Assembly: GCF_000026545.1 (NCBI RefSeq)
Contig: NC_011601.1
Direction: 5' to 3' (one strand)
Origin: Escherichia coli O127:H6 str. E2348/69
GTDB taxonomy: Bacteria; Pseudomonadota; Gammaproteobacteria; Enterobacterales; Enterobacteriaceae
DNA length: 64,000 bases
In this document: positions 42,580 to 51,725 of the stretch, one piece after another
How positions within the stretch are numbered: the first letter of the stretch is position 1
Layout: the number at the start of each line of letters is the position of its first letter
Translations under genes and position numbers: made by a program
The notes under the pieces: generated by a model
What the model saw: only the letters and a program-made list of their open reading frames with translations
Told to the model about the DNA's origin: nothing
Database searches by the model: none

Positions 42580-43230
42580 ATGAATAAACTTCCCGACCAT
42601 CTTCCGCGGCGGTATATCATCGAAGCTATCCATTTATGGGATGCGGGAGAAACTCATCAGTTCCAGCCTGCACGGTTGTATTAGATTGAATATCATGGCC
42701 GACGTTACCCCTCGAAGGCGATTGCTGGCATCGCAGCGACATTGATGACGGGGACGCAATTTACCCCTGCGGATTTCACCGGCGGAATAAAATCTAAATG
42801 CGTCAAACTACTCATAGAGCAGGGATTTCATATTCATCAGGATAAAGCCGCTGCGGCTCCCATAGCCGACGTTCTGTTCCCGGATGAGTTGCCGTCGCAG
42901 GAGACCTACGTTGAAGGTGCGGCGATAAAGGTGACAGTAAACCGCTATGAACGCGATAAAAAGGTCCGAGATAAAGCGGTCGAATATCATGGATGCCAGT
43001 GCAACGTATGCGGCGTTGATCTGGTGAAGATCTATGGTGATATTGCTGAAGGCTTTATCCATATGCATCACCTGGTGCCGCTTTCAGCCATTAAAGAGGA
43101 TTACCAGCTGGATCCAGTTAATGATTTGCTGCCTGTGTGTCCTAATTGCCATGCGATGTTGCACCGACGCAAACCACCGTTTACGCCGGAGGAGTTAAAA
43201 GCGTTGATGGATGCGAATAAATCAAATTAA
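42580..43230 (+). pseudogene. McrA-like HNH endonuclease interrupted by an in-frame TAG at codon 35
   Basis: ATG at 42580 with RBS AAGGA. The frame runs MNKLPDHLPRRYIIEAIHLWDAGETHQFQPARLY-TAG(42682-42684)-IEYHGRRYPSKAIAGIAA... and continues into track ORF 42742..43230, which carries CQCNVCG...HMHHLVPLS...LLPVCPNCHAMLH. Confidence 0.7.
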
Positions 43231-43237
43231 TGAACGC

Positions 43238-44218
43238 TCACCTTTCGCGCCAAAACTGCAAAATTGCTTCTACAAACCTGTCAGAAATAATCCCCCGACG
43301 GGCTGCCGCGCTGAAATGACTGCTTCGCAGTGCCGTCGTCCAGTTCTCCGGTGACCGGTACGCTGAACCGTAATATCCCGTGCTTAAATCGTCCGGGTCT
43401 TCATCAGGCGCGTTCGTCAGTCCTCTTTCACCTTGTTGCTGGAAGTCGACGAAAATAATATTGGCTAAAACATTATTTTGATAATTGCCATAAATAGCTT
43501 CATACGCATGAGGGAAATTTTCTTTCCAGTACCAGGTGGTATCGCCGCAAAACCACGGTGCGTCAGTAATATTATTAAGCTGAGAATGGTATTGTTTTAG
43601 ATCCCTACGAAAGGCTTCAACCATATGATTAAAGTGTTGAGGATGTGACGCGTAGTCACTGGTCATTAAGTCAAATTCGCCTTGCATCCAGCATACGCCG
43701 AGGAATTTGTTCTGCGGATTTTTTGCCAGTGCGGCTCGCGTTCTGCTCACTAAATCCTGGTATAGCGGAGTATCCGTTCCCCAACGACAAGCATCATGGC
43801 TGGCTCCGTGCCGTTCTGAATATGTCCCTTCGCTGCCCGCGGTAAAAGCCGATCCGCCACGGCAACACGGAACGATGAGAACCCCTGCATTATCAGGAAT
43901 AAAGGGCAGTAATTTCCGTGCTATATGCAGTGCCTGGCCAACGGTGCCGTACTGTGTTTGATGATTCGTTGCCAGAGGATGGTGATAACCCTGCATATCC
44001 TGAACATCGTGTGGGCAGTGAGTCAGTGGAATAATGTCGTTAAAGTGACATGACGGGCCTCCGGGATGCGTATGCGCAAATCTCGCTAATTGTTTAATTC
44101 TGGGATGAGGCGCATCTTCCTTGTCCGGTAATGGTAGTCCTTCGCCATACGCCATGGCATTAGATTGACCAGCAACGGTAAGAACATAGTAATAATCGGG
44201 CGATATTATCGCGTTCAT
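43238..44218 (-). CDS. nanS: 9-O-acetyl-N-acetylneuraminate esterase
   Basis: 326 aa (MNAIISPDYYYVLTVAGQSNAMAYGEG...) matching my recollection of NanS/YjhS. Confidence 0.92.
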   Translation of the reverse strand: MNAIISPDYYYVLTVAGQSNAMAYGEGLPLPDKEDAPHPRIKQLARFAHTHPGGPSCHFNDIIPLTHCPHDVQDMQGYHHPLATNHQTQYGTVGQALHIARKLLPFIPDNAGVLIVPCCRGGSAFTAGSEGTYSERHGASHDACRWGTDTPLYQDLVSRTRAALAKNPQNKFLGVCWMQGEFDLMTSDYASHPQHFNHMVEAFRRDLKQYHSQLNNITDAPWFCGDTTWYWKENFPHAYEAIYGNYQNNVLANIIFVDFQQQGERGLTNAPDEDPDDLSTGYYGSAYRSPENWTTALRSSHFSAAARRGIISDRFVEAILQFWRER

Positions 44219-44282
44219 ATAATTTTCGCGTAATTGAAATGATAAATTGATAGCAGGGCCCCTTTACCGGGGCCCTGAAGCG

Positions 44283-45389
44283 TTAGTTTTGTACTGTGAC
44301 TTTATTATCCTTCACAGAAATCAAAACTGAATCCGTCACCGCTTTGCCGCCTGCAGTTTCACCGCCAATAATTAATAAACTATTATTCCAGGGCAATGAT
44401 ACTCCGTAGGCCCGACCTTGCGATAATTCACCCGATTTATCCCATTTCCCGTTATGCCAAAGATGAATATCAGCGCTATATGATTTTTTCAGGCCTTCAT
44501 GCGCATAGTTCTTACCGTTCTGGTAATTTTCTCGTGAACCTTTGAATCCGGCCCCTCCGGCAAATATAAGTGAGTCATTGCTCATGCCTGCAAAACCGCC
44601 AGCGACGCCATCTGGTGATGTGACGGGAGCAAGCTTATTCCATTTTAAATTATTACCGGTGAAATCAAGTTCAAATACGGCATCCGTTCGCAATCCTGGT
44701 TTGGCTTCGCCATTAATAAGCCAGGTTTTATCACCTTTATTCACAACCGCCGCACCAGCCGTTCCGTACCAGGGAGATTCGCCAGCGTAACTCCATTGCT
44801 GTGTAGAGGGATCAAAAGACAACAGAAACTTATTGAAGAAATAATCTTCTGCTTTTTTGTCAAAATAGTGGGCGTTGATTTTATCTATAGTGGTTGAATC
44901 TTTTCCAGCTTCGTTGAGATCTTCAAAATAGCCATTGAAGATATTCTGGTTAACACCGCCAGTAACATAAGCCTTGCCGTTGTGTACAAAAGTCACATGG
45001 CCCGCCATGCCCATCGGCGCGTGCGACATCAATTTAACCCAGCTATTGGTTTTGGGGTTGTATTTGTGTACGTCATTAAATACCTGAGTCAAGCCCTCGC
45101 TGTTTTTGCCAATGCCGCCAAACACATACAGATTGCCATCAATAAATGCAGAGGTTGCTTGATCTCTCGGTCCGCCAGGGAATGCAGCTAACGCTGTCCA
45201 TTTTTTATCTTTGGCCTGTGTATCCAGCTTGTACCATGCTGTACCTGCGCTACCTAAACCAATGTAGACAGTGCCGTTATCAATTGCTCCGGTACCACTT
45301 TTAAATGGCACAGGAGTTTCCGGTAATACAGACGCGTTTGCGGCAAATGAAGCCATTATGATAGTAAGCGCCGTTATTGTTTTATTCAT
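44283..45389 (-). CDS. nanM: N-acetylneuraminate epimerase (Kelch-repeat)
   Basis: Start at MNKTITAL (45389, RBS AGGAG), 368 aa, with a signal peptide and Kelch repeats. Confidence 0.92.
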   Translation of the reverse strand: MNKTITALTIIMASFAANASVLPETPVPFKSGTGAIDNGTVYIGLGSAGTAWYKLDTQAKDKKWTALAAFPGGPRDQATSAFIDGNLYVFGGIGKNSEGLTQVFNDVHKYNPKTNSWVKLMSHAPMGMAGHVTFVHNGKAYVTGGVNQNIFNGYFEDLNEAGKDSTTIDKINAHYFDKKAEDYFFNKFLLSFDPSTQQWSYAGESPWYGTAGAAVVNKGDKTWLINGEAKPGLRTDAVFELDFTGNNLKWNKLAPVTSPDGVAGGFAGMSNDSLIFAGGAGFKGSRENYQNGKNYAHEGLKKSYSADIHLWHNGKWDKSGELSQGRAYGVSLPWNNSLLIIGGETAGGKAVTDSVLISVKDNKVTVQN

Positions 45390-45408
45390 TGTGACTGTCT
45401 CCTGTCTA

Positions 45409-46125
45409 CTACAGTTTAAATGACACACCAATGCGATAACTGTTTTCCGATAAATTATCTCTGCCGTTGTAAACACCCTGACGGTCAAGGTAGTCATATT
45501 CTATGTATGGCGTAATATCGGGCGTCATATGGTATTGTAGAACAAATGCATTTTCCGTCGCCCATTTCTTATGGTTTGCATAGCGATAATCGTTCTGTTT
45601 GCTGTATAGCGTCGTTTGCCATGCGAAGGTGAAATCACTATTAATATGGTAAGTGACATATCCATCCCAACGATGAACGTTATCACGAGACATATCACCG
45701 GATAAGTCTTGTTGTCGGTAAGCTTTCCAGTCGTAACGATAGCGAATGCCAAAATTAAGATCTTTTGTCGCGTCCCAGGACAGTTTTACGTAGGGTCCGT
45801 AGCGTGTGCCGTTGCTGCTAAAATGCGTTAACATTCCCGGGCGCACCGTCCATTGATCATCAAGTTTAATCGCGTAATTAACTTCAACCTGAACATCATT
45901 GAGTGCGGCATTTTCCTTTTTATTATCATGAATGGTATTCCAGGTATTACTTTCCATACTTGCCCACCATCCATTTTGCCATCCCTCACTGACTTTGAGT
46001 CGAGTCTCATAGGCGTGGCTTCCACTACGATATCCACCACGTACGTCCAGTGTCGCAGCCTGAGAAATTAGTGGTGACGAAAAGCACAGTAATAATACGC
46101 CAGAAAGTATTTTAGCCTTTTTCAT
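45409..46125 (-). CDS. nanC: N-acetylneuraminic acid outer-membrane channel
   Basis: Start at MKKAKILSGVLLL (46125), 238 aa, KdgM-family beta-barrel ending ..YRIGVSFKL. Confidence 0.92.
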   Translation of the reverse strand: MKKAKILSGVLLLCFSSPLISQAATLDVRGGYRSGSHAYETRLKVSEGWQNGWWASMESNTWNTIHDNKKENAALNDVQVEVNYAIKLDDQWTVRPGMLTHFSSNGTRYGPYVKLSWDATKDLNFGIRYRYDWKAYRQQDLSGDMSRDNVHRWDGYVTYHINSDFTFAWQTTLYSKQNDYRYANHKKWATENAFVLQYHMTPDITPYIEYDYLDRQGVYNGRDNLSENSYRIGVSFKL

Positions 46126-46541
46126 ATATTTCACTCATTTATAGGATACAGAAAGCAATACAAAGCCCGCATAAACAATTAGCATTTATGTTGTGTAATA
46201 TTTTTTGCCAGGCTTATAGTGTCTTTGGCAACGAGTAGCTGTATTTTATATTTTTTGTATAAGGTCTCCTGTGAAAATTCTCTTTCCACATTATTTAAAT
46301 AAACAGAGAACCAGATTAAATACCTGAGTATAAAATCTCTTCTGATGTTTAATTGATTTGAATGTTCGTAAGCTATATCACTTACTCAATCCATTTTACC
46401 CAGAGTCATAAAATAGAGTGTCTGTTAATCTCATTTTCATATTCCTTTCAGACTGAAGTGCGTTTTCATCACCCGATGAGAAAGAACTGAAGTGATGTTT
46501 GCCATAGATTGCGAGATGCCCTGTCTCATTGACTATCGCGG

Positions 46542-46564
46542 TGCACCTTTATACCTGTTATACC
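46542..46564 (-). promoter_or_regulatory. NanR operator (GGTATA repeats) in the nanC-fimB regulatory region
   Basis: The minus strand reads GGTATAacaGGTATAaaGGTGCA: two exact repeats plus one degenerate GGTATA repeat with nan-operator spacing. Confidence 0.6.
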
Positions 46565-47588
46565 AGATCAAAAATCACGCAATCCATACAACAAAACGAG
46601 ATTTGCAATTCGTGTCACAAAATATGTCGATCTTTTTCTAAGAGGAAGATGGCATGTGAAGCCAGACGAACACTTGAGGTGGTCTTCAAAAACTAAATGA
46701 TTTCTTTTAACTGTTTGTTTTATAAAAAATTTATTTAGGGTCTAAACAAGGGAAGCTTTGCAAGCTAACTCAGTGAGCGTGGTGAAAACAAGTGTTTACC
46801 CGCCATCAGGATGATCATAATTCTCATCATGAAATATGTTTCCTGGTTTTGGCTTGTAAGTGGTCACCCCTGAAGTCGATCTGGAAAGGCTTGTAGATGT
46901 TGGTGTTTTCAGGATGATGTTTCAGATAGTTTGTTTGCCGTATCGCCCGGCGAATAGCTGTGATTGAGGAAGGTTTAAGTCGCAGTGACCAATGCCATAT
47001 TTACCAACGAATGTAGATGAAAAAGCGTCTCCTGCGTTCCCCCATATCTCCAGGAAATACACAGTCTGAAAAAGGAATGTAACAATCTCATGGCGTAAGC
47101 TGACGAACCAGGCAGGAATAATCGCTAGGGACCTAAGCATTAGCATGATAATAGCCATTAAGAAATTACTGTGTTCCATGAAATAGCCATTTTGTGGCAA
47201 ATGCAGTTGACTAATAATGTCATATGTGAGACGGCTAGTTGAACAAATATTAAATTTTGCTGAATTTTTTATGTTGATTTTACTTGTTACAGAACATATC
47301 ACATGATATATAGATAAGATTAGTTGCATTAATGATGAGGGTTATTATTCGATTCGTATCAGATTTATAAATATATAAAGGTACATAGCATGCAAGAGCA
47401 TGGCGTTTGTATGGCAAAGTTATTATAAGTAACTATCGCTACTCCATTTAAGTTCACTCAGAAGAACTGGTCCACTTACGTTAGTTATTAAGCAAACGTT
47501 CGCTTTTATAAACATAATCAGGATTAAAATGTTGGATTATTGCTAACCCAGCACAGCTAGTGCGCGTCTGTAATTATAAGGGAAAACG

Positions 47589-48191
47589 ATGAAGAATAAG
47601 GCTGATAACAAAAAAAGGAACTTCCTGACCCATAGTGAAATCGAATCACTCCTTAAAGCAGCAAATACCGGGCCTCATGCTGCACGTAATTATTGTCTGA
47701 CATTACTTTGTTTTATTCATGGTTTCCGGGCGAGTGAAATTTGCCGATTGAGGATTTCGGATATTGATCTTAAGGCAAAGTGTATATATATCCATCGATT
47801 AAAAAAAGGCTTTTCAACAACGCACCCGCTATTGAACAAAGAAATTCAGGCTTTAAAAAACTGGTTGAGTATCCGTACTTCTTATCCGCATGCTGAGAGC
47901 GAGTGGGTATTCTTATCACGTAAGGGGAATCCACTTTCTCGGCAACAGTTTTACCATATTATCTCGACTTCCGGTGGTAATGCCGGGTTGTCACTGGAGA
48001 TTCATCCGCACATGTTACGCCATTCGTGTGGTTTTGCTTTGGCGAATATGGGAATAGATACGCGACTTATCCAGGATTATCTTGGACATCGCAATATTCG
48101 TCATACTGTCTGGTATACCGCCAGCAATGCAGGGCGTTTTTACGGCATCTGGGATAGAGCCAGAGGACGACAGCGTCACGCTGTTTTATAG
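47589..48191 (+). CDS. fimB: type 1 fimbriae switch recombinase FimB
   Basis: 200-aa tyrosine recombinase (HPHMLRHSCGFALA...GHRNIRHTVWYT). Confidence 0.96.
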   Translation: MKNKADNKKRNFLTHSEIESLLKAANTGPHAARNYCLTLLCFIHGFRASEICRLRISDIDLKAKCIYIHRLKKGFSTTHPLLNKEIQALKNWLSIRTSYPHAESEWVFLSRKGNPLSRQQFYHIISTSGGNAGLSLEIHPHMLRHSCGFALANMGIDTRLIQDYLGHRNIRHTVWYTASNAGRFYGIWDRARGRQRHAVL

Positions 48192-48668
48192 AGATAGTTG
48201 AGATACCAGGGATGGTGTTAAAAACTACATTATTCTTACGATATATCAAAAATGATTAACCATTTATTAATTGATGTTATTGTAAGTATGATTCTTAATT
48301 ATCATAATAAACATTAAGTTAACCATATCCATACAAAATACAATGGTTTATGTTCTTCAAAATAAATAAACAAAATCATTCATAAATTTACACATCACTT
48401 AAATTCGCCTGTTTTCATACTTTTTTCTTTATTTTTTAAGCAACTGGAAGTTAATCCACTGCAATCTATTGTTATATTGAATCAAATCAATGAAAATAGA
48501 TGTTGTCACATCAGTGATATTTTATTTTTGTATGATATTTAATGTAATTGACTGATAGCCACATCACTTCGTGTGTGGTTATCTTTTTATCTATTGGGCT
48601 AATTTTGACCGATTGAGGTTTCCTATAGGTATTCATTCAAATATATCTCAGTCAGGAGTACTACTATT

Positions 48669-49265
48669 GTGAGTAAACGTCGTTATCTTACCGGTAAAGA
48701 AGTTCAGGCCATGATGCAGGCGGTGTGTTACGGGGCAACGGGAGCCAGAGATTATTGTCTTATTCTGTTGGCATATCGGCATGGGATGCGTATTAGTGAA
48801 CTGCTTGATCTGCATTATCAGGATCTTGACCTTAATGAAGGTCGAATAAATATTCGCCGACTGAAGAACGGATTTTCTACCGTTCACCCGTTACGTTTTG
48901 ATGAGCGTGAAGCTGTGGAACGCTGGACCCAGGAACGTGCTAACTGGAAAGGTGCTGACCGGACCGACGCTATATTTATTTCTCGCCGCGGGAGTCGGCT
49001 TTCTCGCCAGCAGGCCTATCGCATTATTCGCGATGCCGGTATTGAAGCTGGAACCGTAACGCAGACTCATCCTCATATGTTAAGGCATGCTTGTGGTTAT
49101 GAACTGGCGGAACGTGGTGCAGATACCCGTTTAATTCAGGATTATCTCGGGCATCGAAATATTCGCCATACTGTGCGTTATACCGCCAGTAATGCTGCTC
49201 GTTTTGCCGGATTATGGGAAAGAAATAATCTCATAAACGAAAAATTAAAAAGAGAAGAAGCTTGA
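48669..49265 (+). CDS. fimE: type 1 fimbriae switch recombinase FimE
   Basis: 198 aa with a GTG start (MSKRRYLTGKEVQAMMQAV...). Confidence 0.96.
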   Translation: MSKRRYLTGKEVQAMMQAVCYGATGARDYCLILLAYRHGMRISELLDLHYQDLDLNEGRINIRRLKNGFSTVHPLRFDEREAVERWTQERANWKGADRTDAIFISRRGSRLSRQQAYRIIRDAGIEAGTVTQTHPHMLRHACGYELAERGADTRLIQDYLGHRNIRHTVRYTASNAARFAGLWERNNLINEKLKREEA

Positions 49266-49312
49266 TTTAACTTATTGATAATAAAGTTAAAAAACAAATA
49301 AATACAAGACAA

Positions 49313-49626
49313 TTGGGGCCAAACTGTCTATATCATAAATAAGTTACGTATTTTTTCTCAAGCATAAAAATATTAAAAAACGACAAAAAGCATCTAACTG
49401 TTTTATATGTAAATTATTTCTCTTGTAAATTAATTTCACATCACCTCCGCTATATGTAAAGCTAACGTTTCTGTAGCTCGACGCAACTTCCTCATTCTTC
49501 TCTCCAAAAACCACCTCATGCAATATAAAAAACTGCAAATAAAGATAACTATAGAACATTAAGCCAACAAATAAACTGAAAAAGTTTGTGCGCGATGCTT
49601 TCCTCTATGAGTCAAAATGGCCCCAA
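49313..49626. promoter_or_regulatory. fimS: fimS invertible promoter element (314 bp), apparently in the OFF orientation
   Basis: 9-bp inverted repeats TTGGGGCCA (49313-49321) and TGGCCCCAA (49618-49626). A sigma70-like TTGAGA - 18 nt - TATGAT reads on the minus strand (49361-49332) away from fimA. Confidence 0.85.
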
Positions 49627-49745
49627 ATGTTTCATCTTTTGGGGGAAAACTGTGCAGTGTTGGCAGTCAAACTCGTTGACAAAACAAAGTGTACAGAACG
49701 ACTGCCCATGTCGATTTAGAAATAGTTTTTTTAAAGGAAAGCAGC

Positions 49746-50294
49746 ATGAAAATTAAAACTCTGGCAATCGTTGTTCTGTCGGCTCTGTCCCTCAGTTCCA
49801 CAGCGGCTCTGGCCGCTGCCACGACGGTTAATGGTGGGACCGTTCACTTTAAAGGGGAAGTTGTTAACGCCGCTTGCGCAGTTGATGCAGGCTCTGTTGA
49901 TCAAACCGTTCAGTTAGGACAGGTTCGTACCGCATCGCTGGCGCAGGAAGGAGCAACCAGTTCTGCTGTCGGTTTTAACATTCAGCTGAATGATTGCGAT
50001 ACCAATGTTGCATCTAAAGCAGCTGTTGCCTTTTTAGGTACGGCGATTGATGCGGCTCATACCAACGTTCTGGCTCTGCAGAGTTCGGCTGCGGGTAGCG
50101 CAACAAATGTTGGTGTGCAGATTCTGGACAGAACAGGTGTTGCGCTGACGCTGGACGGTGCGACATTTAGTTCAGAAACAACCCTGAATAACGGTACTAA
50201 CACCATTCCGTTCCAGGCGCGTTATTTTGCAACCGGTGCTGCAACCCCGGGTGCTGCTAATGCGGATGCGACCTTCAAGGTTCAGTATCAATAA
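49746..50294 (+). CDS. fimA: type 1 fimbrial major subunit
   Basis: Start at [14 protein letters not shown] (49746), 182 aa. Confidence 0.95.
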   Translation: MKIKTLAIVVLSALSLSSTAALAAATTVNGGTVHFKGEVVNAACAVDAGSVDQTVQLGQVRTASLAQEGATSSAVGFNIQLNDCDTNVASKAAVAFLGTAIDAAHTNVLALQSSAAGSATNVGVQILDRTGVALTLDGATFSSETTLNNGTNTIPFQARYFATGAATPGAANADATFKVQYQ

Positions 50295-50358
50295 CCTACC
50301 CAGGTTCAGGGACGTCATTACGGGCAGGGATGCCCACCCTTGTGCGATAAAAATAACG

Positions 50359-50898
50359 ATGAAAAGGAAGAGATTATTTCTGTTAGCGTCGTTGCTGCCA
50401 ATGTTTGCTCTGGCCGGAAATAAATGGAATACCACGCTGCCCGGCGGAAATATGCAATTTCAGGGCGTCATTATTGCGGAAGCTTGCCGGATTGAAGCCG
50501 GTGACAAACAAATGACGGTCAATATGGGGCAAATCAGCAGTAACCGGTTTCATGCGGTAGGGGAAGATAGCGCACCGGTGCCTTTTGTTATTCATTTACG
50601 GGAATGTAGCACGGTGGTGAGTGAACGTGTGGGGGTGGCGTTTCACGGTGTCGCGGATGGTAAAAATCCGGATGTGCTTTCCGTGGGAGAGGGGCCAGGG
50701 ATAGCCACCAATATTGGCGTAGCGTTGTTTGATGAAGAAGGAAACCTCGTACCGATTAACCGTCCTCCAGTAAACTGGAAACGGCTTTATTCAGGCTCTA
50801 CTTCGCTACATTTCATCGCCAAATATCGTGCTACCGGGCGTCGGGTTACTGGCGGCATCGCCAATGCCCAGGCCTGGTTCTCTTTAACCTATCAGTAA
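50359..50898 (+). CDS. fimI: fimbrial protein FimI
   Basis: Start at [19 protein letters not shown] (50359), 179 aa. Confidence 0.9.
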   Translation: MKRKRLFLLASLLPMFALAGNKWNTTLPGGNMQFQGVIIAEACRIEAGDKQMTVNMGQISSNRFHAVGEDSAPVPFVIHLRECSTVVSERVGVAFHGVADGKNPDVLSVGEGPGIATNIGVALFDEEGNLVPINRPPVNWKRLYSGSTSLHFIAKYRATGRRVTGGIANAQAWFSLTYQ

Positions 50899-50934
50899 TT
50901 GTTCAGCAGATAATGTGATAACAGGAACAGGACA

Positions 50935-51660
50935 GTGAGTAATAAAAACGTCAATGTAAGGAAATCGCAGGAAATAACATTCTGCTTGCTGGCAGGTATC
51001 CTGATGTTCATGGCAATGGTGGTTGCCGGACGCGCTGAAGCGGGAGTGGCCTTAGGTGCGACTCGCGTAATTTATCCGGCAGGGCAAAAACAAGTGCAAC
51101 TTGCCGTGACAAATAATGATGAAAATAGCACCTATTTGATTCAATCATGGGTAGAAAATGCCGATGGTGTAAAGGATGGCCGTTTTATCGTGACGCCACC
51201 TCTGTTTGCGATGAAGGGAAAAAAAGAGAATACCTTGCGTATTCTTGATGCAACAAATAACCAATTGCCACAGGATCGGGAAAGTTTATTCTGGATGAAT
51301 GTTAAAGCGATTCCGTCAATGGATAAATCAAAATTGACTGAGAATACGCTACAGCTCGCAATTATCAGCCGCATTAAACTGTACTATCGTCCGGCTAAAT
51401 TAGCGTTGCCACCCGATCAGGCCGCAGAAAAATTAAGATTTCGTCGTAGCGCGAATTCTCTGACTCTGATTAACCCGACACCCTATTACCTGACGGTAAC
51501 AGAGTTGAATGCCGGAACCCAGGTTCTTGAAAATGCATTGGTGCCTCCAATGGGCGAAAGCACGGTTAAATTGCCTTCTGATGCAGGAAGCAATATTACT
51601 TACCGAACAATAAATGATTATGGCGCACTTACCCCCAAAATGACGGGCGTAATGGAATAA
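50935..51660 (+). CDS. fimC: periplasmic fimbrial chaperone
   Basis: 241 aa with a GTG start, PapD-like chaperone. Confidence 0.95.
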   Translation: MSNKNVNVRKSQEITFCLLAGILMFMAMVVAGRAEAGVALGATRVIYPAGQKQVQLAVTNNDENSTYLIQSWVENADGVKDGRFIVTPPLFAMKGKKENTLRILDATNNQLPQDRESLFWMNVKAIPSMDKSKLTENTLQLAIISRIKLYYRPAKLALPPDQAAEKLRFRRSANSLTLINPTPYYLTVTELNAGTQVLENALVPPMGESTVKLPSDAGSNITYRTINDYGALTPKMTGVME

Positions 51661-51725
51661 CACAGGGGGAATTTTTCGCCTGAATAAAAAGAATTAACTG
51701 CCGGGTGATTTAAACCGGAGGAATA

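Noticed and set aside
46922-47329. 135-aa minus-strand ORF in the nanC-fimB intergenic region.
   Set aside because: The ~1.46-kb AT-rich interval is the known long fimB regulatory region (NanR/NagC/IHF sites). The ORF has odd composition and no RBS.
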